This document shows positions 7,146 to 14,754 of a stretch of 37,628 nucleotides of DNA, one piece after another (the first letter of the stretch is position 1; each line of letters begins with the position of its first letter). The notes under the pieces were generated by a model, which had not been told where the DNA came from, made no database searches, and was given only the letters and a program-made list of their open reading frames with translations. The position numbers and the translations under genes were made by a program. Source of the stretch: Thermoleophilaceae bacterium (GTDB taxonomy: Bacteria; Actinomycetota; Thermoleophilia; Solirubrobacterales; Thermoleophilaceae); assembly GCA_050997195.1 (NCBI GenBank), contig JBPCRE010000182.1:1-37628 (forward strand), in the 5' to 3' direction.

Positions 7146-9668
7146 CTACTCGCCGCGGTGAGCCCGGCTCCCGCGGCGCTTGCCCACCGGGACGGAGTAC
7201 TTCGACTTGCCGACCCGGACCACCGGGTTGTCGATCTCCCGGAGCCGGTCGAGGAGGTCCTCCCACTGGCCGGGCCGCAGAACCGCTAGCGCCTGGGCGC
7301 CCTGCTTGCGGTTGTCACCGAACATCGGCCGGAAGCCGACGTGGATGTGATCGTTGTGGTCGCCCATGGCGATCGACGATCCCCCGAGGTCTAGCAGGGA
7401 GATGATCTGGTCGGCGCGCATGGTGCCCTGGAGTTGCATGAGGCGCTTGACCGCCTGCTCGGTGACCGAGCCGTCGTCCTGGTTTCCGAGGATGGGGATG
7501 CCGTTGACCTTGGCCACGTCCACGGCGTTGCCGGAGGAGTGCTGCGAGACGTTGCCGGAGGAGGTGTACACGCCGTGGCCGCACTTCAGGGAGGTCACCG
7601 TCGGGCGCAGGCCGGACTCGGCGAGGAAGGCGAGCGTCGCGAGCACGCGGCGGTCGATCTGGCCGGAGCGCACGTCGTCTTGCCCGCAGCCGTAGACGTC
7701 GATGCGCTCGTCGGAGAGGACGCGCTTCTCGAGCAGCGGCTTCGGCAGCAGCAGCACCTGGCCGATCGAGAAGGAGTCGCCGTCCCCGCCGAACAGCGCG
7801 TTGCGGCCCGACGCGCGGTAGACCGCGGTGGCCTCGAGGAGCTTCCACCCGTCGAGGATCGGCTTCGGGTCGATGCGCGGGGCGCCGCGCCCGGAAGGAC
7901 GGATCTCGAAGGAGAGGTGCGCGGCGCGCTCCGGGTCGGGCTTGCCGACGCGTCCGATGATCGTCCCGCCGATCACGCGGGCGCCCACGCGCATCGGCTT
8001 GAGGCGCATGTCCTCGGCGTCGAGCCCGATCGGCCTCGAGAAGTAGTTCTCGAACGAGGTGAAGCCCCTGAGCTCCTCCTCCCGGCCGGGCGACGAGGCG
8101 CCACCGCCGCCCTTCTGCTTGGCTCCACCGGCCTTGCGGGCGCGCGGACGCATGGGGTGGGCGAAGAGGCGCTCCTTGACGATCACCTTCGGGGCCGCCG
8201 CCCGGGAGGCCTTGGCGGGGGCGGAGCGGCCCTTGGCGGCGGAGCGGCCCTTGGCGGGAGCGGGACGGCCTGGGGCGGGTGGTCCGGCCACCTGGCGGCC
8301 GGACGAGGCCGCAGCGGCGGGACGCGGGTCCTTGCCGGGCACCTTCTCGTCCACGGTCACGCGGTCCTCGCCCTTGGGCACCGGGTAGTAGCGAGACACG
8401 CTGTCGAGCCCGGCGTAGGTGAAGCGGTTGCCGTACACGTCCTGGAGCACGACGTAGTTCCCGCCTTCCTTCGACCGGCCGATCTTCTTGATCACGCCGT
8501 CGTTGACGGCCACCGCGGGGGCGCGCAGCGAGGTGTAGATGTCCACGTCGCGGCGGGTGTCCTCACCCTCCACGAGGCGGGCGGCGTTCTCGCCGCTGCG
8601 CACCGTCTTGCGGGCGTCCTCCTCGGCCAGGTCGTCGGCGTAGCGCGCGCGGGCGGCCACCGGGAAGCGACCCTCGGTGAGGCCCGTGAGCGAGCCCACC
8701 ACGTCGGGGGGCACGCCGGCGATGAGCTTGGCCCTCATCATCACCGAGTCCACGTACCAGTCGGCGTGGTTGTAGGCGAAGAGCCCCTTGCGGATGTCGT
8801 CCTCACCGCCCGCGGCCTTCAGGTAGCGCGCGGCCGCGAAGACCGCGTCCACCGGGTTGTAGGGATCGGCCTCACCGTCCTTGTTGCCGTCGGTGCCGTA
8901 CATCTTCCAGGTGGCGGGCATGAACTGCATCCACCCCATCGCGCCCGCGGAGGACACGTTCAGGTTGCGGCCGTAGTCGGTCTCGATCTCGTTCACGGCG
9001 GCCAGGACCTCCCAGCGGATCCCGTACTGGATGCCGGCCGCCTGGTAGATCGGCAGGAGGAAGGGGGGCACGCGGAACTTGCGGATCACGAAGTTGGGCA
9101 CACCGGTGGAGCGCGCGGGCCCGGGGAGGGCGTTGACGAAGCTCGGGTTCGAGCTCGTGGGGGCGCCACTCTGCGCGCGCACGGGAGCGGCCGAGGGGGA
9201 GGAGCCGCCTCCGCCCGTGCTCGCCTCCCGGCGCTTGGCGCGCGGGCTGTTGGCCTCCTTCTGGCGCTTGCGACGCTCGACCTTGCCTCGAGCCTTCTTG
9301 CGGGCCGCCGGCGGCTCCGATTTGAGGGACTCAGCGATGCTGCCGAGCTGGTCCGGGCCGTCCGCCGGGGGAGCGGGGCTCGAGGGCGTGGTGGGCGTGG
9401 TCTCCGGCCCGGCGGCCTCAGGCTCAGCCGGGTCGCTCTTCGGCTCCTCCTCGCCTTGCACGGGCGCGGCCGAGATCAACTCTGCCCCCGGCGGGATGGC
9501 GCCGGCGGCCGAGGCGCCGTCGGGCACGTTGACCACGACCGAGATGGTCTGGTCGTCGAGCTCGTAGGTGAGCGTTTGCAGGCCCGCGGACGCGGGGAGG
9601 ACCGTGAACGCGAACGAGGTGGCCGTCAGGCACGCGGCTAGCAGTAGGTAGAGAAGCTTGATGTTCAT
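7146..9668 (-). CDS. Secreted multi-domain peptidoglycan hydrolase: MltB/SLT-type lytic transglycosylase + degenerate split LytM (M23) domain + LAS/M15-type zinc peptidase domain
   Basis: Signal peptide MNIKLLYLLLAACLTATSFAFTVLPASAG, followed by low-complexity Pro/Ala/Glu. SLT block: NEIETDYG...GAMGWMQFMPATWKMYGTDGNKDGEADPYNPVDAVFAAARYL. M23-like halves: VDIYTSLRAPAVAVNDGVIKKIG...NYVVLQD and RVGARVIGGTIIGRVG...AAHLSFEIRPSG...IDPKPIL. C-terminal signature: SQHSSGNAVDV...GDHNDHIHVGF. Confidence 0.85.
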   Translation of the reverse strand: MNIKLLYLLLAACLTATSFAFTVLPASAGLQTLTYELDDQTISVVVNVPDGASAAGAIPPGAELISAAPVQGEEEPKSDPAEPEAAGPETTPTTPSSPAPPADGPDQLGSIAESLKSEPPAARKKARGKVERRKRQKEANSPRAKRREASTGGGGSSPSAAPVRAQSGAPTSSNPSFVNALPGPARSTGVPNFVIRKFRVPPFLLPIYQAAGIQYGIRWEVLAAVNEIETDYGRNLNVSSAGAMGWMQFMPATWKMYGTDGNKDGEADPYNPVDAVFAAARYLKAAGGEDDIRKGLFAYNHADWYVDSVMMRAKLIAGVPPDVVGSLTGLTEGRFPVAARARYADDLAEEDARKTVRSGENAARLVEGEDTRRDVDIYTSLRAPAVAVNDGVIKKIGRSKEGGNYVVLQDVYGNRFTYAGLDSVSRYYPVPKGEDRVTVDEKVPGKDPRPAAAASSGRQVAGPPAPGRPAPAKGRSAAKGRSAPAKASRAAAPKVIVKERLFAHPMRPRARKAGGAKQKGGGGASSPGREEELRGFTSFENYFSRPIGLDAEDMRLKPMRVGARVIGGTIIGRVGKPDPERAAHLSFEIRPSGRGAPRIDPKPILDGWKLLEATAVYRASGRNALFGGDGDSFSIGQVLLLPKPLLEKRVLSDERIDVYGCGQDDVRSGQIDRRVLATLAFLAESGLRPTVTSLKCGHGVYTSSGNVSQHSSGNAVDVAKVNGIPILGNQDDGSVTEQAVKRLMQLQGTMRADQIISLLDLGGSSIAMGDHNDHIHVGFRPMFGDNRKQGAQALAVLRPGQWEDLLDRLREIDNPVVRVGKSKYSVPVGKRRGSRAHRGE

Positions 9669-9960
9669 AGGGGGCCCTAGGTGCTCCGACGGAGGAAGCT
9701 GGCGCAGGCTAACAAACTACGGGGACTAGGGACGCCACTTGCTTGAGTCTTCGCTGCAACCCGGAGGTGGCCCGGTGTCGTGGGCCCGCCGTTCAGGGCC
9801 CGTGATCGGGGCCCCAACGGTGGCACCCCCCGAGTTCTGCGTCGTTTCTGCGCGGTCGCAGGCCGAAGTGCCGGGGCTGTACCAGGTCCCTCACTTCAGC
9901 CTGCCCGAAAAAGGGCAAAGTTCGACCTCTACTTGAGGGCCAGAGATTCGCGGAGGCGCC
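9669..9960. promoter_or_regulatory. 292-nt divergent intergenic region holding the leader/promoter of the hydrolase gene (minus) and of the coiled-coil gene (plus)
   Basis: No credible ORF. GC content is locally lower. It has several GGGCCC/GGGGCCCC words and small hairpins (for example TGCCC-gaaaaa-GGGCA at 9902-9917). GGAGG at 9952-9956 lies 4 nt before the GTG at 9961. Confidence 0.4.
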
Positions 9961-10761
9961 GTGGGGCGGGCGATGGCTCTCCGCCGAAGGGGTAGGCTGC
10001 CGTGCGTGGACGGTGACGAGCAGGAGGAGAGCCTCCGCGAGCGGTTGTCTCGCCAGGGCGAGGAGGCGCTCGGCAAGCTGACCGAGGAGATCGTGTCGAA
10101 TCCGGTGGTCGGAGCGGCCGTGGCGCGGGCCTTCGGTGCGCGTGAAAGGGCCGTGCAGGCGCAGGAAGCCGCCATGGGCGTGCTCGGGGTTCCCTCGGCC
10201 GCCGACGTGGAGCGCGTCACCCGGCGACTGCGCTCGGTCTCCCAGCGCCTCGAGGGCATCGAGGACGTGATGGACCGCCTCGACGAGCGCCTCGAGGGCA
10301 TCGAGGGGTCCGTGGAGGGCCTCGTCACGGGGCTCGACCGGCTCGACGCCCTCGACGCGCGTCTAGACGGAGTCCAGGGTCTGGACAAGCGCCTGAAGTC
10401 GCTCGACAGCGGTCTCAAGGCTCTCGATACCGCCGTCAAGCCCGTCAAGCGCACCGATGACCGGCTGAAGCGCGTGGACGACCGCCTGAAGGGCGTCGAC
10501 CGCCGGCTCACGGCCCTCGACAAGAAGCAGGCCAAGGCCGTCGACTCGGTGGAGAAGCGGATCGAGGCGCTACGGGCGGAGGTCGGCGAGGTGGCGGGCG
10601 CCGGTGACGGACCGGCGAGCGTGGAGCCTCGGGTCGAGGCGCTCGAGTCCCGGCTCGAGGAGATCGCCCGGGACGTCGGCGCCGTGCGCCAGGCCGTGGC
10701 GCCCGAGGGCGACCCCCCGCCGCGATCGCAGGAGCGCCTCACCGTCGGCCAGTCTTCGTAG
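9961..10761 (+). CDS. Coiled-coil protein, phasin-like (COG3937-type N-terminal motif) with a run of LDxRLxG-type repeats
   Basis: Track ORF 9961..10761. The N-terminal motif MGVLGVPSAADVERVTRRLRSVSQRLEGIE is followed by DRLDERLEGIEGSVEGLVTGLDRLDALDARLDGVQGLDKRLKSLDSGLKALD...DDRLKRVDDRLKGVDRRLTALD. Confidence 0.65.
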   Translation: MGRAMALRRRGRLPCVDGDEQEESLRERLSRQGEEALGKLTEEIVSNPVVGAAVARAFGARERAVQAQEAAMGVLGVPSAADVERVTRRLRSVSQRLEGIEDVMDRLDERLEGIEGSVEGLVTGLDRLDALDARLDGVQGLDKRLKSLDSGLKALDTAVKPVKRTDDRLKRVDDRLKGVDRRLTALDKKQAKAVDSVEKRIEALRAEVGEVAGAGDGPASVEPRVEALESRLEEIARDVGAVRQAVAPEGDPPPRSQERLTVGQSS

Positions 10762-10771
10762 CTCCCGCGTC

Positions 10772-10930
10772 AGCCTGGATCCACCGATCCCAGCGGCGCG
10801 TCGCCGCCGGAATGCCGTCGCCAGGCGGCACCGGCCTCGATCCAGGTGGTTCACCACCTGGATGCTCGCCCGTCACCGCTTGCTCGGCCTCCGACGCCGA
10901 CGCATCCACCGGTCCCGGTGGATCCAGGCT
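10772..10930. repeat. 15-bp perfect inverted repeat pair (AGCCTGGATCCACCG / CGGTGGATCCAGGCT) bracketing the whole convergent intergenic spacer
   Basis: Read directly: the left arm is at 10772-10786 and the right arm at 10916-10930. The word CCTGGAT/ATCCAGG occurs four times, in two nested inverted pairs (10775, 10840, 10857, 10922). Confidence 0.6.
10840..10863. terminator. Central 10-bp perfect hairpin (ATCCAGGTGG-ttca-CCACCTGGAT) between convergent genes; candidate bidirectional terminator
   Basis: Read directly. It lies between the stops at 10761 (+) and 10930 (-). There is no clear U-tract on either side. Confidence 0.4.
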
Positions 10931-11640
10931 CAGGCAGACAGAGCACGCAGCGCCGCCGTCCCGAGCCGAATCCCGGCGTCCTCGAGGGCATCGCCGTCGA
11001 GCCGCTCGCGTCCGCCGCCGGGCTCGATCCGGTCCGTGACCGCCAGCACGCAGGCCGCGCGTACGCCGCGAACGGACGCGAGTTGCATGAGCGTGGCCGC
11101 CTCCATCTCGACCACTCCGGCCCCGGCGGCGAGCCACCCGGCCTCGAGGCCGTCGCGGCCTTCGTAGAAGAGGTCGGTGGACACCGCGGTCACGCCCACG
11201 GCGGCCTCGGTGGCGAGCAGCCGCTCGGTGAGCTCCGGGTCGGGCCGGCAGCGCTCGGACGCGCCGAGGGCCACGCTCGTGCCGTCCGCCGGGATGGCCT
11301 CCACCGCGGTCACGAGCCGACCGAGCGAGAGCGCCGGATCGAGGGCGCCGCAGGTCCCGATGCGGATGAGCCTTCGCGCCCCCATGTTCACGAGCTCGTG
11401 GGCCACGATCGCGGCGCTCGGGCCGCCCATCCCCGTGGACTGGATGGTCAGGGGCGCGCCGTCGGGAGCATCTCCGGTATAGCCCCAGAGCCCGCGGTGG
11501 TGGTTGAACATGAGCGGCCGGGTGAGCAGGGCCTGCGCCACGAACAGGGCACGGTGAGGGTCCCCGGGAAGGAGCACTCGCTCGGCGAGGCTCGTGTGAG
11601 GTCGAAGGTGGATGGCGCCCTCGGTGCTCGGCGCCGGCAC
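10930..11640 (-). CDS. Nucleoside phosphorylase (PNP_UDP_1 family; purine or uridine phosphorylase-like)
   Basis: Track ORF 10930..11739, started at GTG 11640 (VPAPSTEGAIHLRP...). Motifs: VLLPGDPHRA, TGMGGPSAAIVAHEL, RIGTCGAL, VEMEAATL. Starting at 11739 would overlap the divergent gene. Confidence 0.8.
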   Translation of the reverse strand: MPAPSTEGAIHLRPHTSLAERVLLPGDPHRALFVAQALLTRPLMFNHHRGLWGYTGDAPDGAPLTIQSTGMGGPSAAIVAHELVNMGARRLIRIGTCGALDPALSLGRLVTAVEAIPADGTSVALGASERCRPDPELTERLLATEAAVGVTAVSTDLFYEGRDGLEAGWLAAGAGVVEMEAATLMQLASVRGVRAACVLAVTDRIEPGGGRERLDGDALEDAGIRLGTAALRALSA

Positions 11641-11660
11641 GCCGGGCAGGATATGGGACG

Positions 11661-12122
11661 ATGAGCGCGCGCATGGCAGAGGATCGGCCCAAGCCACAAA
11701 ACGTCTCCGAGGCCGTCCGCGACGCCGTCCAGCGGACACTCGAGACCACGATGGGCTCCACGCGCGGGCGCGCGCAGGAGGCCGTGGACGAGATCATTCG
11801 CGGCGCTGAGGCTCGCGCCGGCGCGGTAGCGGACCGCGTCAGGAGCGCGGAGGCCGGCGCCGAGGCCGTGCGCGACCGGGCCCTGCGGGCCCTCGAGGAC
11901 GTGCGTCCGGCCTCGGCCGAGGATCTCCGCGCCGTGCACCGCGACCTACGCGCCATCCTCCGCCGCCTCGACGGCATCGAGCGGCGCCTGGCGGCCGCGG
12001 AGCCGGCCGACGCTTCCCCGGCGAAGAAGAGGGCAGCCGGCGCTAGGGCCCCGCGGAGCTCGAAGGCCAGGGCAAGCGCACCGCGCTCCGGCGGCGGCTC
12101 TGGCTCCGCCGGCTCCACCTAG
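11661..12122 (+). CDS. Second phasin-like coiled-coil protein with a basic Ala/Ser/Gly-rich tail
   Basis: Track ORF 11661..12122. ...VRPASAEDLRAVHRDLRAILRRLDGIERRLAAAE resembles the motif in the 9961 gene. Its stop lies 4 nt before the next gene's start. Confidence 0.55.
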   Translation: MSARMAEDRPKPQNVSEAVRDAVQRTLETTMGSTRGRAQEAVDEIIRGAEARAGAVADRVRSAEAGAEAVRDRALRALEDVRPASAEDLRAVHRDLRAILRRLDGIERRLAAAEPADASPAKKRAAGARAPRSSKARASAPRSGGGSGSAGST

Positions 12123-12126
12123 TGGG

Positions 12127-13119
12127 GTGCCCGCCCCCCGGCGCATCCTCATCACCGGAGTAGCGAGCTGCTTCGGCACCGAGCTGGCGCGCCGCCTGGT
12201 ACGCGATCCCGACGTCGAGTACGTGGCCGGGCTCGACACCCGGCCGCCGGGTCGGCCCCTGCCCGGCACCGACTTCATCGAGCTCGACGTGCGCGATCCC
12301 GCCCTCGCTCGCCGCCTGCCGGAGACCCGGGTCGACACCGTGGTGCACAACCAGATCGTCCGCCGTCCGGGTCCGGGGGTCTCGCCCCAGGCCGCGCACG
12401 AGATCAACGTGATCGGCTCGCTCGGCCTTCTCGCCGCCTGTGAGCGCTCGCCCACGATCCGGGCCATCGTGGTGCGCGGCTCGGCCGGCGTCTACGGGTC
12501 GGAGCCCACCGCGCCTCAGTTCTTCACCGAGGACATGGCCGACCTCGGCACCACCCGCTCTCGCTTCCAGCGCGACGTCGCCGAGATAGACACCTTCTTC
12601 GGCACGTTCTCGAGGCGCCACCCGGGCGTGACGTGCACGATGCTTCGCTACCAGCCCTCGATCGGCCCCTCCGTGGACTCCCAGCTCACGCGCTACCTCT
12701 CGCTGCCGGTGGCGCCCACCTTCCTCGGCTTCGATCCGCGCATCCAGGTCGTCCACCAGCACGACGCGCTCGAGGCCCTGGTCGCGGCCATCGCGCGTCC
12801 CGTCCCCGGCGCCGTGAACGTGGCCTCTCCCGGCACGGTGGGCCTGGGCCGGATGCTGCGCATCGCTCGCCGGCCCACCCTTCCCCTTCCCTCGGCGCTG
12901 TTTGCCACGGCGGTGGGGGCCGGCCGGCGGCTCGGGATGGAGGACTTCTCGCCCGACCTGCGGCGCCTCCTGCGCTACGGACGGGCGGTGGACGTCCGCC
13001 GTCTGGTCGAGGAGGTGGGCTATCGCCCTCGCTTCACCACCGAAGCTGCCATCCGCGACTTCGCCCGTGCGAGCCGCGAGCCCACCGGGACGCGATTCGC
13101 GCATACGGCGGCGGGGTGA
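12127..13119 (+). CDS. NAD-dependent epimerase/dehydratase (extended SDR)
   Basis: GTG 12127. The N-terminus RILITGVASCFGTELARRL is a GxxGxxG-type Rossmann motif, and the length of about 330 aa is typical. Confidence 0.85.
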   Translation: MPAPRRILITGVASCFGTELARRLVRDPDVEYVAGLDTRPPGRPLPGTDFIELDVRDPALARRLPETRVDTVVHNQIVRRPGPGVSPQAAHEINVIGSLGLLAACERSPTIRAIVVRGSAGVYGSEPTAPQFFTEDMADLGTTRSRFQRDVAEIDTFFGTFSRRHPGVTCTMLRYQPSIGPSVDSQLTRYLSLPVAPTFLGFDPRIQVVHQHDALEALVAAIARPVPGAVNVASPGTVGLGRMLRIARRPTLPLPSALFATAVGAGRRLGMEDFSPDLRRLLRYGRAVDVRRLVEEVGYRPRFTTEAAIRDFARASREPTGTRFAHTAAG

Positions 13120-14123
13120 CCGCTCGCGCCCGGGTCCGGGACGCCGGGCCGCCGCCCGGGCGGGGACAGGGTCGACCACGGCCCGCGGGCCCCCCGCCGC
13201 TCGCCACGGGGCTCGCGGTGGCACGGGCGCTGCGCGAGGCGATCGAGGGTGGCGCACGAGTGCCCGAGGCCCTGCTGCGGGCCACCGCTGGGCTCCCACG
13301 CAACGTGCGCACGGGAGCCGACAGGGCGCTGCGGCGCCTCACCGGGGACTACCCAGAGGATGAGTGGGGCTTCGACGAGGAGTTCGCCGACGCGCTGCTT
13401 CCCGCCTTCGAGCTCCTCTACGACGTGTGGTGGCGGGTACGCGCCGAGGGCCTCCACCACGTGCCGGCTCACGGCCGGGCGCTGCTCGTGGCCAACCACG
13501 CCGGCGCGCTGCCCTGGGACGCCGCGATGATCGCCACGGCCGTGCTCCGCGAGCACCCGCTGCCCCGGCATCCGCGCTTCCTCGCGATGGGTCGAGCCTT
13601 CGAGCTTCCCTGGGTCTCGCTGGGCCTGCGCAAGCTCGGCGCGGTGGTGGCCGCGCCGCAGAACGCCATCAGGCTCCTCGAGCAGGAGCATCTCGTGGGC
13701 GTGTTCCCCGAGGGCGCGGCGGGAACGGGCAAGCCCTTCGCCGAGCGCTACCGGTTGGCCCGCTTCGGGCGAGGAGGGTTCGTGGAGATCGCCCTGCGCA
13801 CCGGGGCGCCGATCGTGCCCGTCGCGGTGGTCGGCTCGGAGGAGATCTACCCCAAGGTGGGCGAGTCGCGGAGGCTCGCACGCGTCACCGGCCTTCCGTT
13901 CTTCCCCCTGACGCCCACCTTCCCTGCGCTCGGTCCCCTCGGCGCCGTGCCCCTGCCCGTGAAGTGGCGGATCGAGTTCTGTGAGCCGATCGAGACGGCC
14001 GGCCTCGTGCCCGAGGCGCGCGAGGATCGAGGCGTGGCGCTCGAGCTGGCCGAGCACGTGCGCGAGACGATCCAGCGGAAGGTCTACGAGAACCTGTTGA
14101 AGCGCGGGCCCGCGTTCATCTAA
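13116..14123 (+). CDS. Lysophospholipid/glycerolipid acyltransferase (LPLAT/PlsC superfamily), paralogue 1
   Basis: Part of track ORF 12633..14123. GTG 13116 overlaps the upstream TGA (GTGA). Motifs: LLVANHAGALPWDA, VGVFPEGAAGTGK, RFGRGGFVEIALRTGAPIVPVAVVGSEE. Confidence 0.85.
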   Translation: MTARARVRDAGPPPGRGQGRPRPAGPPPLATGLAVARALREAIEGGARVPEALLRATAGLPRNVRTGADRALRRLTGDYPEDEWGFDEEFADALLPAFELLYDVWWRVRAEGLHHVPAHGRALLVANHAGALPWDAAMIATAVLREHPLPRHPRFLAMGRAFELPWVSLGLRKLGAVVAAPQNAIRLLEQEHLVGVFPEGAAGTGKPFAERYRLARFGRGGFVEIALRTGAPIVPVAVVGSEEIYPKVGESRRLARVTGLPFFPLTPTFPALGPLGAVPLPVKWRIEFCEPIETAGLVPEAREDRGVALELAEHVRETIQRKVYENLLKRGPAFI

Positions 14124-14295
14124 TCTCCAGCTAGGTGGGCCTTCTCTCAACGTTGCACCCGTTACGGCGGCCCCAGAGCACCGCCATGCTGCGTCCTCGG
14201 AGATCCGCCATAGCGCTGCTATGCCGGACTCCTGCGTCCTTGCCTGGCGGCGTCTGGCGCTCGCCGTTTCCGGGCGAACGTTTCGAGAAGACCCA

Positions 14296-14742
14296 CTACG
14301 GAAGCTGAATCTCGTCCCGGGAGCTCTGGCGGCCGGCACCGACGATCAGGCGCGCCGCCCCGAGCTGCTTGGAGGTGGCCACCTCGGACCCCGCGCGCAC
14401 GCGGTAGGTGCCCGGGCGCCTCAGCGTGTACTGCAGGGTGGCCGTGTCGAGGGGATTGATGGGCCCCACGACCTCGTTGACCCCGTTGCCCACGAGCGAC
14501 ACCGTGCGCGACCGATCGGTCTGGTTCGAGACGATGATCACGATCGGTCCGGTGCCCACCTGGTTGGGGGAGACCGTGACGCGCTGGTCGGTGATCACGC
14601 CGGTGAGCTGCACGGGTGCCGGAGGGCGCGGGGCGTTCTGGAAGTCCTCGCTGCGGCACCCTCCCGCGACGAGCACCGCGAGCGCTCCGACGGCGACCAG
14701 CGCCGAGCGCCGGCCGTGTCCCTCCCTGGCGTGTCCCCTCAT
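14296..14742 (-). CDS. Lipoprotein with a cupredoxin-like (EfeO N-terminal-like) beta-sandwich
   Basis: Track ORF 14296..14742. Lipobox LVAGGC after a signal sequence. VQLTGVITDQRVTVSPNQVGTGPIVIIVSNQTD...YTLRRPGTYRVRAG is typical of cupredoxin-like lipoproteins. Confidence 0.65.
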   Translation of the reverse strand: MRGHAREGHGRRSALVAVGALAVLVAGGCRSEDFQNAPRPPAPVQLTGVITDQRVTVSPNQVGTGPIVIIVSNQTDRSRTVSLVGNGVNEVVGPINPLDTATLQYTLRRPGTYRVRAGSEVATSKQLGAARLIVGAGRQSSRDEIQLP

Positions 14743-14754
14743 CCCGCCCGGAAC

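Noticed and set aside
7434-9641. 735-aa ORF antisense to the cell-wall hydrolase, plus the smaller ORFs at 7315..7848, 7354..7695, 8059..8388 and 9079..9567
   Set aside because: They give a low-complexity Gly/Arg/Ala/His translation, whereas the opposite strand encodes recognisable SLT, M23 and M15 motifs and a signal peptide.
14124-14295. Lower-GC 172-nt convergent spacer with small hairpins (GGCGG...CCGCC at about 14168-14185; CATAGC-gct-GCTATG at 14209-14223) and a 42-codon ORF from ATG 14186, checked for a tRNA, sRNA or small protein
   Set aside because: I could build no cloverleaf and recognise no known RNA motif. The small ORF has mediocre GC3 and runs into the lipoprotein gene's 3' end. 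The hairpins are most simply terminator remnants. Not supportable as a feature.
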